This document shows, one piece after another, positions 12,521 to 26,719 of a DNA stretch of 64,000 nt (position 1 is its first letter; each line of letters opens with the position of its first letter). The notes beneath the pieces are model-generated. The model worked only from the letters and a program-made list of their open reading frames with translations, made no database searches and was not told the origin of the DNA. Source of the DNA: Mustelus asterias. Its lineage: Eukaryota. The stretch is from positions 64,232,001-64,296,000 of the forward strand of contig NC_135801.1 in the NCBI RefSeq assembly GCF_964213995.1. Reading direction: 5' to 3'. The position numbers and the translations under genes are program-made.

Positions 12521-12779
12521 ATCAAATAGCTTCTGCTGGACAACAACGGCAGGCAGAGGAATTTCATACAAGTGCAATTAGCATTCTCACACAAACGTCA
12601 CCAAGAGTGATTGTCAAGTTTAGAAGTTGTTACAGATTGTTATTGCAATAAAGGCAATGTTGTAATTTTTACCATTACTATTTTTACTAGTATAAAGTAG
12701 GTGACTTTTCAAATCATTTTTTTTTCTATAAGTGATAAAATAGCAGGTTGCAGTAAAAAAGCAGATATTCTCACCAACT

Positions 12780-13800
12780 AATAAAAGGTACCGGTCGAAC
12801 TTTGGCCATTCATGGTTTATGGAGGCAGCTGAACATGCTAAAGTGCAGCTGCCTTCAATTTATTGATTTTCACAAGTAGGGAGTGGGAAATACAACTTGT
12901 GCACATTAAACCTGGTAGTAGAAGGTTTAAACTTACCAGAGTTCTTTGGAGAGTTGGTGGTACCCTTTTGGACATGGTTCCTATACATTTCTGGGAGAGG
13001 TCAGGTGCCCTTTGAGAATATTAAAAGTAAGCATGAATGTGTGTAAAATGTGGATAAATTCATTTGAACTGTCATTCTCATTAGCATTGTCAAAGGAGGC
13101 AGTCAACCTGTCAGGACATTTAAATCTCTTGTCCTTCAAATATTAAAAAATATTTGTCAGCAGTGTTGGAAAATAACAGTATTTGCTGACATAAGCATGA
13201 GGTTACCATTACAGGCTAGCGCTACATGACTTATTTCACAACCTATCATTATCACAGTAGGGTTCCTGTTTGTTCACAGTTTGATTGATAGCTCCAAGTG
13301 CTTATAAATCTTTGAAGTGAGACCATGAATACAAATGCTTATAATATTAGAGGATTAAAGGAAGTCAAATGTACTCAACTGGAGTGTTCTTTTAAATAGT
13401 GAATTCTTATATAGACACTTATGAACTTTATTTAATCGCAGCATAAACCCTGAGGTCTGCCTGTGATGAATACTTGGTGAGTTGGCATGGGGGACATAAA
13501 GGCAAAGGATTGTGGAAGGGGGCATCAGTGGCATAGGGACAATAAAAGGCCATGGGAGGAGGGGCATGGGAGGGAGAATCTGAGATGGCATGATGGGACA
13601 TGGGGAGTGTGTGATGGTAGTGAGGGGGTCTGCGGTGAAGGGCTGTTTTTTTATTTTTCACAGCTGGGCTAAAGTGAGTTTTGTCCAGCCTGCCTCCACA
13701 CTTAGCAGCCTCTATGGCTGCCTACAAACGTTTCCCTGTGGCTGCGCCCCACCCCCCCAGAATGAAAATCAAGCATCCGGGCCACTTTTCCAGGAGTCGA
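12780..13800 (+). repeat. Non-autonomous interspersed repeat (about 1 kb); related copies at about 26990-28090 (-) and 51860-52600 (+)
   Basis: Shared blocks aaggtttaaa...ttctttggaga...gtacccttt...tcaggtg and gagttggcat..., with a tgaaaatc terminus; probably derived from a DNA transposon. Confidence 0.6.
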
Positions 13801-15892
13801 CTTCAAGGAGCTGTAATGCATCCTTACTCTTCACAACCAACACAGGGAGTGAATACAGGCCATGCAGTTTGATTACAAATCAACCATGATTTCATTGAAT
13901 GGTAGAACAGGCTGAAGGGGCTAAATGATGTGCTATCAGTGAAACTGTCTTTATCTGTGATCCTTTAGCAGATGAACACTTAACATGCTTGCATTTTCTG
14001 TCTGCTGCTTCAGAAGGTAATTAGCCACTTAAAATAAATGGGTTAAAACCTGCTCTAAAAGAATAAACTGAAGAATGTCATACATGTTGTTGCATGTTTG
14101 TCTATCTCCACAATAACTTCTTGGCTATAATCGTATATCAGTTATTAAATAAAATATTGCAAAATTTAGATATGTACATTGGTGCATTACTCTATTTGGT
14201 CAAGTAATTTTAACGTGTGTTGCATCATAAAACTAAAGGAAATTATCCCATACTTTATCTTGAAATAATCTGACAAATGTTACTTAATACTACGATATAA
14301 GTCAACCTTTCTTATGTTGCTTGTATAGTCACAAAGTCTTCACTTGAAAACAAAAGATAATTTTTGAACCCTAGTTTCAATGAGGTAATGAACTTGAGAG
14401 CAATCAGTATACATTCATCTCTGGTGCCATCTTGGTACGTTTTCTTTCACAGACAAGGAAGCACCATGCAAAGAGAAAATTTTTGTTTTTGAATCTTGCA
14501 AGATCTTGATGCAGGTTTCCCCTTCCAGCCGAGTACGTATTATTGACAGACTGGTGGCCTCTGAGAGTCTCAGAGGTACGACCACATGTCCTCTGATTGG
14601 TTGGCATCTAACACAGTTTTCGGGCTGGATCTTTCATTACGTGGGGACTGACGCATCCATTCAAAGCTGGGAGACTGATTTCTGTTCAACAGCAGCAAAA
14701 CAATTTTTCTGCCATGTAACCCATTTATTGAAGCTAAATATTCCACCTACATAGAATATATGTAGATTTTATTTCATTGCTACCAATTGCAATGTATTTA
14801 GCTGTTTGCAATCAAAACTGTAAGATAACAAGCAAAGTTGCTGAGTAAATATGATTTATTATACAGAAATACACCTATATACCAAACTGCTTTCATTTTA
14901 TAAGCTTTTTGAAAACCAGTTATTTTACCTTAGTTTCTTCATTCCCTGCAAATCATTTATTACTCTTAATATCTGAAGAAAATTTGTTGATGCATATGAT
15001 CACCAGGCTCAAAGCATTCTTTTCATCCTTCCTTGTATTTTTATGATTGATTGCAGAGCAAGTTGAAGATACTGGGAATTTTTATTTTGCTCAAATACTC
15101 CCACCTGTTTTAGTATTTAACAGTCCCCTGTGCCTTCCACTTCTGTACATATTGAAGTGATAAAGCATAGTTCATCATGCAACTGAGAGTGTCAGAAACA
15201 GTCTGCCAGTTTTGACTAAATGGACAAACCATCCCTTACCTGATATGAAAGCTCATGTAGAATGACAAGAGTTGACTGCCACTCACTGGAATGGCTGCTA
15301 ATAATATTTTTTGCTTGTCTTCCTTGTAGTGAGTTTTGTGGCTGTTTTTTGCAGATTCCAGGTGCTAAATCTTCTGTGCTAATATTTGCTTCACCTCTAA
15401 CACAGTTGTACCTTTATTAGGGGATTAGTTTAATTAAGGAAAATCATTTGCTAAACTGTCACCTTGATCAGTAGGTCTCTTTGAAGTGACCAGAATTTTT
15501 TACTTCTAGTTCTTAACTACTGCTGGCTTTTATTGTGTGTTTATGAAATGTCCAGATTCATTTAAAGGTAATGCACTGCCAAGCATTTTAAAAATTACAC
15601 ATGGTTTAAATGAGCAGGGTTCTCCTTACTAAGGAGAAAGCTTGGAGCCATTGCCAAATCCAAAAGCTTCTTTCCCGGCCTGCTTGATGGATTGGTAATT
15701 GTAGGTAAAAGTGCAAGCTTAACAATGAATGGGTATAGCTAAAGCAAAAGGTGTACTATGGGCAGTCAGGCCTGTGCTTTAGTTTACCTTCTTCTGGATG
15801 AACACACCGGTGTATTTTCATTCTTGCCTAAATGTTTCGGGCTAGCGGCTCATGAGTACATTTTGTATGATCTCTCCTCGACCTCTTCACAG

Positions 15893-16018
15893 ATAAGGAT
15901 GAGTGTTCCAAAGACAACGGTGGCTGTCAACATGAATGCATCAATACAGTAGGCAGTTACGTGTGTCAGTGTCGGAATGGATTTGTACTACATGAAAACA
16001 AACATGACTGCAAAGAAG
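15893..16018 (+). CDS. TLL1: TLL1 exon: calcium-binding EGF2 (126 nt, phase 1/1)
   Basis: ctcttcacag acceptor, G|gtatgt donor; [42 protein letters not shown] has six Cys and the CxNxxxxYxC consensus. Confidence 0.97.
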
Positions 16019-16049
16019 GTATGTGTTGTTGTGATTCCTTAGACAAGAA

Positions 16050-16304
16050 TTAAGTGGTTAGCACTCAGCGCCAGGGATGCCAGGCCTCAGGTGACTGTGT
16101 GGAGTTTGCACTTTCTCTCCATGTCTGCATGGGTTTCCTCCCATGGTCCAAAGATGTGCAGGTTAGGTTGATTGGCGATGCTAAAAATTGACCCTAGTGT
16201 CACGGGATTAGTAGGGTAAATATGTGGGGTGACGGGAATAGGGCCTGTGTGGAATTGTGTTCGGCGCAGACGCGATGGCCTCCTTCTGCACTGTAGGATT
16301 CTAT
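16050..16304 (+). mobile_element. HE1/V-SINE-like SINE immediately after the EGF2 exon
   Basis: gtggttagcact head, V-like core, ctgcactgtaggattctat tail. Confidence 0.8.
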
Positions 16305-17940
16305 AATAACACATCTATTGTTTAATGCTTAAACCAAAAGAGAACCAATAAAGTAACCTGGGATACCAATTTGCAGCTTCTTGACACATGCTTCCATAAT
16401 GGGATAATAAATATCATAAAATGATGCACGCAAACTGACCAACTGTATCAAAATCTATTGAATAAGAACTAAAACTGTGTTGTTCATGTGATTGTATATA
16501 ATGTTAGATGTTAGTGTGATGTCAGAAATCTGAATGCAGTCAAAGGCAAGGTCTTTTCCAAAGAGTGTATATTATTAAAGTGCTGTCTATCACTTTAATG
16601 ACAGCAATGCCAAGAATGTTTTTCATTATGTCAACATCACGATGACAAATTTTACATGTTGACAAGTGCAGAGTTCTGTCAATTTTACAACTGTAAAAGA
16701 TGTTGACAAAACATTCCACAAATGCTTTATATTTATGGACTCAATTTTCCAGTTTACAAAACAGAAATTTGGGATGCAGCTGACTGCTTGTTTGGTAAAA
16801 CAGTTTGTGTTCCCTTATCAATGACTTGGAAGAACATCTCCAGTAGTTGCAATGTACTACTGGGTCACTGGGGTTAACAGCATTTGTATAGTTTATTAGA
16901 AAATTTCTCTTATTAACAATCTTTGTGGAACTTGTAGATAGCCAGTGAGGATTGCACTACACGTTAGACAGAAGCTTCACTTTTGTATGCATGAGTTTCC
17001 TGACCTAAGTTATTTCAAAAATAAAGTCAGCAACAAATCTATTTTTTTAATGTACAAATTGTTGAACAAAAGTGTTTTAAAGTTTACAGGCAATAATGAG
17101 AAACAAATCAGCATATTTAAATGCATGTATTTATGAAACAGTTTTTCTGAGGGTTCAGTGGGTATTATAGTGGCCATTCAAATGCATCACTTCATCCACA
17201 AGAACTCATGCTAAGCTTTCATTTAATAAAATATCAAACAGTGCCATTATAACACTGAAATTCTGCCCTAGCATTTCCAACAATTGATCATAGCATTTGA
17301 AAATACAATAATGTAATTTGAAACAGGACTGAGGAAGCCCTCACAAGGTCCTTTGATATGTAATGGGTAATGGTTAGTTCTCAGCTTCATCACATCTGTA
17401 ACAGGAAGGATCATAACAGCTGTTAAATAATGTGCAATGCACAGCTGAATTTCCAATAGATGTTCCCAGTGGTTAGGATCCCTGCTGGGAGTGCAAAATT
17501 GGAAAATAAGCCTTATTTTCTATTCGCCGCATGAGCAGTAACAATATTTCTTCCAATCTCACGATTCCTTTTTTTTCTGGAGAAATAACAGATATTTAAG
17601 GGGATACTAGATGGAATAGGAGCTTATGCTGAAGGAGTTAGATAAAAGTAGGTTGGGAGAAGTCCCATGTAGAGCATTTACACCAGCACAGACCCATTGA
17701 GCTAATGTGCTGTTTACGTAAAAATGAAGCGTTGAGTTTGTGAACTTGCTGGAATATTAATTTATTAAGAATTGGTGAAACCATTAATAAAAAATGACAA
17801 CTTTATCTGTATGCTATATGCTACTAGGAAGTTTGATGATAGGTAGATTAAAAGACCAGGAGAGCAAAATTAAGTTTGCTAGTGTTTACTACATAGGTGT
17901 CGCATGACTAACCTAATGCTTTGCTGGGCTGCAATACCAA

Positions 17941-18458
17941 GAGTCGAATTTTACCGGCCTTACGTTTCTTAAGTTAATTAAGTTTCTGTCGCCAAACTCA
18001 CTGCCGTATTAAGGACTGTGGCCTGCTTGATTAACTGCCAGCCCAGCAACGTAGTTGGGAGCAGTGGGCACTCCTGAGCCTGAACCCATAGGAAAAAAAT
18101 GCAATGATCTACATGCATCCTCACAACCTGGCATCTGGGTGTTTTGGGGCTAGTCAAGCAGGTGCCAGCAAATAGGGGGTGAGATGGTCATTGAGGGCAG
18201 GTTGTGCTGATGGTTGTGGGAGTGTGGGGTGGCCATTGCTGCTGGGGATCTTGTTTATGGGTCAAAGTGTGCCCACTAAGGAAGCCGCCCCACCCCGCCA
18301 CTGCCAGCAGAGGTGGAAAGAAGCTCTTAATTGCTCACTGCAGTGGCAGAGTGGGAAGTTGAGAGGAAGGCATTTGGGGAAAGAGGAGGTTACACACTCT
18401 ATCTTTATAGTCTGTCTTCCTCTGAACCTGTCCTCAAAGGCCCTGTAAAATTCAGCCC
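17941..18458. mobile_element. MITE-like element with degenerate terminal inverted repeats
   Basis: Left gagtcgaattttaccggcc versus reverse complement of the right end gggctgaattttacagggcc; no ORF. Confidence 0.55.
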
Positions 18459-18594
18459 ATGGGGTTCAGGATGCTTGTGCGCACTTCTGCCAGGAAATGA
18501 GTAAATGAGTTTGTGCACATTCACCTAATAATTGCCGGGTCAGAATAGAAAGATGCTGCCTGTTGAGTGGGCAGATGCTGCCTGTTGAGTGGGC

Positions 18595-20826
18595 ACCAAG
18601 ATACCACCAACACCTCTCCTGTTCTAGCAGAGGCCCAAACATCTTCGACCACTGCTACATAAATGTCATGCATGCCTACCACTCCATCGCACACCCACAC
18701 TTTGGCAAATCAGACCACAAGGCTGTGCTCCTGCTCCTGGCTTACAAGCAAAAACTGAAATGGGAAAATCCGTCAAAGAAAATCATGCAATGTTGGTCTG
18801 AGGAATCGGATGATCTCGTACAGGACTGCTTAGAGTCAGTAGACTGGTCAGTATTTAAAAACTCAGAAACCAGCCTGAATGAGTACACCTTTACAGTAAC
18901 TGATTTCATTAGTAAGTGTGTAGAAGACTGTGTGCCAAAAAAGCAAATCCACTTGTTTCTCGACCGGAAACCATGGATGAACAGGGATATCCACTACTTG
19001 CTGAAGTCTAGTTCTGAGGCGTTCAAGTCAGGTCACCCTGACCTATACAGGAAAGTGAGACAGGATCTAAGGAGATCCATCAAAGATGCCAAAAGACAGT
19101 ACCAGACCAAGCTAGAGTCCAGGCTAGCCACACCGACCCCAGCCGACTATGGCAAGGTCTGCAAGATATAACAGGCTACATGATGAAGGCATGTAAAATC
19201 GCCGGCTCCAACACACCCCTCTCTGATGAGCTCAATGCATTCTGTGCTCGTTTTGAGAAAGAGGTCAACTAGAGCACACCCTCCACTCCGAAGCCTCAGA
19301 TGAACCTGTATCGGAGGTCACCATTGTGGATGTCAGAGCAGCCTTCTCGAAAGTCAACCCACGGAAAGCGACTGGCCCGGGTGGGGTACCTGGACGAGCA
19401 CTCAGATCCTGTGTGGACCAACTGGTGGGGGTATTCACAGACATCTTCAACCTCTCTTTACAACAATCTGAGATCCCTATCTGCTTCAAGAAGACGACTA
19501 TCATCCCAGTACCAAAGAAAAGCCAAGCACCGTGCCTTAATGACTATTGTCCAGTGGCTCTGATGTCCATTATTATGAAGTGCTTTGAAAGGTTAGTCAT
19601 GACATGAATCAATTCTGGCCTCCTGGATTACCTGGATCCACCATTATTCACCTACTGCAGCAACAGGTCCACAGCAGACATCATCTCCCTGGCCCTGCAC
19701 TCAACCTAGATAACAAAGACACCTATGTCAGACTCCTATTTATCGACTACAGCTCAGCCTTCAACACCATTATTCCTACAAAACTCAAATCCAAACTCTG
19801 TGGCCTGGGCCTGGGCTCCTCCGTCTGCGAATGGATCCTGAACTTCTTAACCCACAGATCACAATCAGTAGGGATAGGCAACAACACCTCCTCCATGATC
19901 ATCCGCAACACCAATGCCCCACAAAGCTGAGTCCTCAGCCCCTTACTATACTCCTTAAATACCTATGACTGTGCGGCCAAATTTCCCTCCAATTCGATTT
20001 TCAAATTTGCTGACGACACCACTGTAGTGGGTCAGATCTCGAACAATGACAAGGCGGAGTACAGGAATGAGATAGAGTATATGATGAACTGGTGTGATGA
20101 CAATAATCTCTCCCTCAATGTCAACAAAATGAAGGAGATAGTCATTGAACTTTAGGAAGCGTAAAGGAAAACATGCCCATGTCTACATCAATGGGGGCGA
20201 AGTAGAAATGGTCAAGAGCTTCAGGTTTTAGGTGTCCAGATCACCAACAACCTGTCCTGGTCCCTCCATTCTGACTTTATAGTTAAGAAAGTCCACCAAT
20301 GCTTCTACTTTCTCAGAGTAAGGAAATTTGGCATATCCGCTACAACTCTCTCCAACTTTTACAGATGCTCTATAGAAAGCATTATTTCTCGTATCACAGC
20401 TTGGTATGGCTCCTGCTCTGTCCAAGACCACAAGAAACTACAAAGGGTCATGATTGAAGCCCAGTCCATCACTCAAACCAACCTCCCACCCATTGACACT
20501 TCCTACACTTCCCGCTGCCTTGCAAAAGCAGCCAGCATAACTAAGGACCCCACGCACCCCGGACATACTCTCTCCCACCTTCTTCGGTCGTGAAAAAGAT
20601 ACAAAAGTCTGAGGGCATGTACCAATTGACTCAAGAACAGCTTCTTCCCTGTTGTCATCAGACTTTTGAATGGACCTACCTCGCATTAAGTTCATCTTTC
20701 TCTACACCCTAGTATGACTGTAACACTACATCCTACACTCTCTCCTTTCCTTCTCTATGAACAATATACATTGTCTGTGTAATGTGCAAGAAACAATACT
20801 TTTCACTGTCGACTAATACATGTGAC
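18595..20826 (+). mobile_element. Rex1/Babar-clade LINE, 5'-truncated and frameshifted
   Basis: EN end (RGPNIFDHCY, HFGKSDH); RT motifs [53 protein letters not shown]; 3' end tttcactgt...acatgtgac. Confidence 0.88.
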
Positions 20827-21152
20827 TTGTGGGACCAAGTGACCTGCACCTAATTCATATCTTCATTTGCTCAACAGACTGCTGGAGCATGGCAGAGACA
20901 AAAATACAGCCATTCAAATAAACAAATTAAATGCAACACTTACATCAGTCTTGTGCTTTTAATAAATCTTTGTTCCCAGGGCATCAGTGTACATTCTGCA
21001 GATATTGATAATTCATTACTTATTTCAGTGTTTATATTTTATCCTTTTACAATGTCTTTGTGAATAAATGCTTCCTGCTTAATTATATAATGTGACCTTA
21101 GTTATAATGTCACTATGCTCATGAACTAATTACTCTTGTTATTTTCTATCAG

Positions 21153-21280
21153 CTGAATGTGAACACAAGATCTACAGTGCCACTGGTATCATCACCAGTC
21201 CCAATTGGCCTGATAAATACCCTAGCCGCAAAGAATGTACATGGGAGATCTCAGCAACTCCAGGCCACAGAGTGAAGATA
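21153..21280 (+). CDS. TLL1: TLL1 exon: N-terminal part of CUB4 (128 nt, phase 1/0)
   Basis: ttttctatcag acceptor, gtaagt donor; [43 protein letters not shown]. Not in the ORF track. Confidence 0.97.
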
Positions 21281-21359
21281 GTAAGTTTATGATTATTAAA
21301 AATAACTCTACCAACTACACTTCTTTCAATATTACTACCAGTTACAGGGGCTTGTTTTT

Positions 21360-21361
21360 TA

Positions 21362-21396
<35 letters not shown>
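21360..21396. repeat. (TA)n microsatellite
   Basis: Interrupted TA run of about 37 bp. Confidence 0.95.
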
Positions 21397-21400
<4 letters not shown>

Positions 21401-23699
21401 CTCATGGCTGAGCTAACTATACATACCAAAAATATGTGTTACAAGATAATGACAGGAATTTTAGGTCTCTCATTGAGAAGGTGAGTGGGGAAGGAATTAA
21501 AACTGAAGCCATTTCCAGAGATCGTACCTTTTAAGATGGTGAATCATGCCATCGACAAGCTTGCCTGGAAAGGTAGGTGGGGCTGTTCGTAGGTCATAGC
21601 ATGATGGTGTCATTGACACCAGAACCCCACACCGTCTGTGCCTGGCAGCAGAAGCATTGCAGGAGATGCCAACGGGCCAGAAGAACCTAAGGTAAGTCCC
21701 CAAAAATTATCTCTAATTATCTCAGGAGGAGTACAAGGAGCTTTTGAGCCTCCTCAATCCCAGCCTTCCTTGATCATGATCACACACAAATTTCCCTCCC
21801 ATCTGGCTTTGGCTACAGTTTTTTTGCACCATGTTACTACCCCACCCATTAGTCAGATAATGAATCTTGTTGGGTGTCTGGTTTGGGCTCCAGGAATATT
21901 TATCTTATTGCAGCCCTGGAGCTAAAATTGGCAATCGCCACATCATCAAACTTTCTGGTGTGTCACCATTCCTGCCACCAATTAAAAATGAAGATAAATG
22001 CTTCTGTATCAAAAAGACAAATATACTTATTTAGCTTTTCCATTGTGTAAAATTGCAGAGGACAGCATTTGGCAAGTCAGCCATGAAGTGCTGTAAAATC
22101 GTTGACATTAATAACAAATGGGAATACCATAAGTCTTTGTTCTTCCTGTTAATTATATTTAATCTATAAAACACTAAACAGCTTATTTACACTTTGAAAG
22201 GAGAGGTATTTTCAACATAATAAAGAGCTGAAGTTGCAGCAAGCGATTGAAAGAACCCACATGGCAAGTTTATCTTGTGGTAAGAGAAGCTTAAAATGAC
22301 AAACTGGAGCAATACCCTTCTAGTGTTGAATGTACACTGTGTTAAACAGAAGTTTCGCCTCCCCAATTAATGTAAACTAAAGAAGTACCTTTCATCACTA
22401 GGATAGTGTAAATAGCTTTGCTCTGTATCTAACTTATATCATGTATGATCTGAGTACTTGATGCTGATATTTGATATATATAGTCAGATATTGTCCAAAT
22501 CTGACCATATTTATCAAATAGAATTATAAAATGTGAAACTACGTTTAAAAGTAATCTGTAAACTTTTGCTTCATGATGTGAGTTGCGATTTGTACCTATT
22601 TTGAGTACTTGATGATTAATATATATTTTTAAACCAGCCAAAAAAAATAGTGCATTTTATGCACTCCACCCTTTGGCTCCTATCAAATATTTTCACATGC
22701 TGGTCAGAATTTGGTTGTGGAACTCCTTTTCAAGGGCAACTGTTAATATAGAGCGCAAACTCCTAGTGATTTGGCTGGATGCCAGTGGGAATTAGGTTAG
22801 ATAGGTTTGCTGCAAGGGATTCAAAATGCGGTATTAACAGCATGTTGTATTTTGCTACTTTCAGTTATTAATATGAGGTGCATCTTAATCCTTCATCTGC
22901 TGCCAAAACTATACACCATAATTTTTAAAAAAGGATAATGTTATTGATCCAGCATCAAATGAGTTTTTGCAGTTTGTACGGCATGATCAAGATGGATCAG
23001 TCGTGCATTTTTTTTTAAAGAAAGCTTTCAAAGAATCTGTTATTTGACACATTTGGCCAGCTGTATGTTAAAGACTGTCAATCAAAGTGTATGTGAAAGA
23101 CAGTCAATCAAGTGTGAGTCAAGTAAACTTGCATAGAACTCACTGACATTGTAAAAAAAACTGCAATTCCTAAAATCTCTGAAGTATAAAATATCTCAGA
23201 GCATATCATCTTATCAACTGTTTCTAAATAACTGAAGTTGCACTCGATCACATTCCCAGTGAAGTGCCACACTCAAAGGGAGCATAGGCTGAATTTCAGG
23301 CTCCCAAACCTTAGCATCGATTCTGCAGTCTGCATCAAATTTACAACACAGAAACAGGCCATTCTGCCAAACAGGTGGCTGCTTGTATTCATTCATATTC
23401 CATGTGTCCTCCTCCCACCCTCTTTCAGCTAATCCAAACCACACCACTTTGGGCACAGCTAATGGTTGAGCTCAGGATTAGTGCAATAATCATATTCTGA
23501 TTCTGACAAATACCTTTCTCTCATTTTCAGGCTGTCAGCTGTCCCTCTCCACCCTTCATGAATAAAGTCTATTAGGGAGTCTTGTTGAGACAAGTTGTTC
23601 CCATTTGGCACTGTTCTCAACTTCCGTGATTGACAGAAGTGTGCTGATAGTCTCTGGTGCATTATTTTACAATCTGACCCAGCCAGAGACCTAAAAGAA

Positions 23700-26280
23700 A
23701 ATGACGCATCCAACCTGAGGGCTTGAATGGTGACCTCTATCTTTCCAGTGGACTTCCCATTGAGAGCTTTGCCACTTAATTAAACCCAACCAGGCAGTTT
23801 GGACTTCGTTCACTGCAGGGTTGGGATGACTGGCAGGAATCATATCCTGATCTTCCAGGGAAATTCCTGAAAACTCCAGTCTGAGATTTCCTCATCACTA
23901 ACATTAAGACCATAGGTTCTGCTATCTCTGTTTCTTCTCCTCCCCGCAAACCTTTCAACCTTCCTTTCAACTCGGCCTGACCAGCCTCTGCTTTAGAGTT
24001 TCTCTTCATGTTCTCCTCCTTGATATTCTCTTCAACATCACCAACTGTTTCCTATCATCTGGTATCTTCCCCATTCCTTTCAGCTCCACTGTCATTACTC
24101 TCTCATTTAAAAGCCCAGCATTGACTTTTCCCATCTTTTTTCAGCTATTGTCCTGTTTCTAACTTTTTCTTGTTCCATGAGGTTTTTGAATGCAGTATTG
24201 TCATCCTTCCAGTTTCTCACCTTCCTCATCATTGCCTGTTTGAATTGTTCCTATCTGACCTGCCCACTGAGCCAAGACAATAGTCATCAATGAGGCCTTA
24301 TGTGACTCCGCACAAGGCTCTGTTATTTTCCTTTCATTGATCTATTGATCATATCTTCCTGCTCCACCTTTTCACAGTCAGCATTCATGATCCTCCCCTC
24401 TCATTGTTCCACTCCTATCTGTCCTAAATGATGTCATGTTTCTTCAGACTGTTCCTCCTTCAGTATCTATAGTTTTTCTCCTTCCAATTATCGTTTGCAT
24501 GCAAGCCCTCGGTAATATTAACTGGAAGCACACATTCTTCTGATACATGCACAAATTCCATTTATTTATGTGCTGTTGTACTATCAAACTGTCCATTTAA
24601 TCTTATGTCCTAGTCATTTCACAGCTTCCTGGCCCCAATTTTCCCAAATTGGGACTTAGGGCGGGGTTTACTGGCTGTGCTCGCCCAAAGTCCGGAAAAT
24701 CCCGCCCGAGCTCAACAGACCTTTGCATGGTCCGTGCCCCGCCCACTACAATTCTCGTGGCGGGCGGGGTGGAAAAATTCCGCACTAAGTGCCCATGTCA
24801 GTGGGAACACCAGAATGTGGCATGGCAGTGTCTTTCAGGAGGGGTGCACCCACCTGAAAGATGTTAATGAAATAATTTTGAGTAATGCGCTGGCCAGCCC
24901 CACTGTTTTGAGACTGGGCTGCCATTTTTAAAGGGTGCCCCGATCTCCGCACTCAGAGACAGACTCCCCCTCCCCACCCAAAAAAAAATGAAATGGTGCC
25001 ACCCCCAGGTGAGCACCACCAACCCTTCACCAAAGTGGGGCATTCTCCCATAAATAACGGGTAACCCCAACCCCACCCTCACACATGCATCACAAAACAT
25101 GAGGGTGACCTGATCGATTCCCCCAGACTCCCCACTCAGCTCCCCCTTTCATCAAAATGTTTGTAGTTTGCAAAAGAGGAAGTGTCACCACAGGTTGTCA
25201 ATCAGGCTTGGACTCTGTGGTCAGGATTAATGGAGTACACGCAGCGCATTCAACTGTGAAGGGAAATGAAAATAAACATAGGTGGCTGGAACGGCACCAG
25301 GTGGGCTTTACATGCGCTACCCACAAGCAGGAACATGGCCTGCTGGACCCAGAGCATCCAGGGGAACACAACAAACCCCTCATGCCTCCCTGGGGATATG
25401 GCCTGTGATTTGAGTGGTCGGGGGAGAAAATGCCCCTCTTTTCTGAGGGGTTGGTCGTGTTTCCCTCTGCTCTCGGGGTCTAGCATGCCATGTTCCTGCT
25501 TGTGGATAGCACATGTAAAGCCCACCTGGTGCCGTTTCTGCAGGCATGCCCAGTTGAATGGCAGGAGGCTGGTGAATGGCCTGTCAAACCTGCTAATGAC
25601 TTTTAAATTAGCGGGTTTGCATACATATAGGTTTTCCGCTTGCTCTGGACAGGAACCCGATCGGGGTCAACTGGTTGGGCGATTCCCAAGGGCCCTCACG
25701 CCCATCAGGATCGTTTTTGGCCGATGCCCATTCATTAGGGCATCGAGATTCCCGCAAGCCATCTGAGGTGGTTGGAGAAAGGGTATCAAATTCCAGTCCA
25801 TGTGTCTAATGCTTGCCTTACTGAGCTCCATACCAATAGTCACAGGGCGTTACTGCTGCTCCCAAACCCTGTGGCCTGACTTCCTCTGACTTACAATTAC
25901 TTATTAAACCTGTCCCAACCCTCAACCCTGATCCTTCTCCCCTGGCCAAGATCCTCATCTTCCCTTACAAATTGCTGCACAGCCTGACCTACCTCCACTT
26001 AGCAAAACGTCCCCAGCAATATGACCCATGTGTGTTCCTCCCATTCTGAATTACTGTTCGTTCCCTATTCCACCATCTGAAGCCAACTTTTCAGCCATTA
26101 TGCCCCTTCTTTCTGGACTCTCCACCACATGCATTTTGCTTTTATCTCTCCACTCCCTGTCTTTAAAAACACTCTGAAAACTCATCTCTTTGACCATGCC
26201 TTTGGTCATTCCCAAGTTCATTCACCATTTTCCCGGTGTTCACCTGTTAAGTTTTATTTGTGCTCTGAGATATTCTTTAA
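23700..26280 (+). mobile_element. Old L2-clade LINE remnants split by a DNA-element insertion (about 24632-25800)
   Basis: Pyrimidine-rich decayed RT-like sequence and an L2-like 3' region ctttaaaaacactctgaaaactcatctctttgaccatgcc. Confidence 0.5.
25290..25536. repeat. Long inverted repeat (arms about 93 bp, loop about 61 bp)
   Basis: 25290-25382 is the reverse complement of 25444-25536, with 4 mismatches in the outer 60 bp. Confidence 0.92.
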
Positions 26281-26719
26281 TCATAGAATCCCTACAGTGC
26301 AGAAGAGGCCACTCAGCCCATTGAGTCTGCAGCACTCTCCAACAGCGTAACCCACCCAGACCCTCTCCCTCATCCTATCCTTGCAACCCCATACATTTCC
26401 CATGACGAATCCATCTAACCTAGACATCTTATAGATATTAAGGGGAAATTTGGCATGGCTAATCCACCTAACCTGCACATCTTTGAACTGTGGGAGGAAA
26501 CCAGAGGAAACCCACGCAGACACTGGGAAGAATGTGCAAACTCCACACAATCGCTCAAGGCTGGAATTGAACCCGGGTCCCTGGAGCTGTGAGGCAACAG
26601 TTTTGAATCATAGAATCATAGAAACCCTACAGTGCAGAAGGAGGCCATTCGGCCCATCGAGTCTGCACTGACCACAATCCCACCCAGGCCCTACCCCAGT
26701 TCTAACCACTGTGCCGCCC
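26281..26719 (-). mobile_element. HE1/V-SINE-like SINE with a nested SINE 3' fragment (26603-26696)
   Basis: Head interrupted by a second tail fragment flanked by cagtt at 26598-26602 and 26697-26701. Confidence 0.8.
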
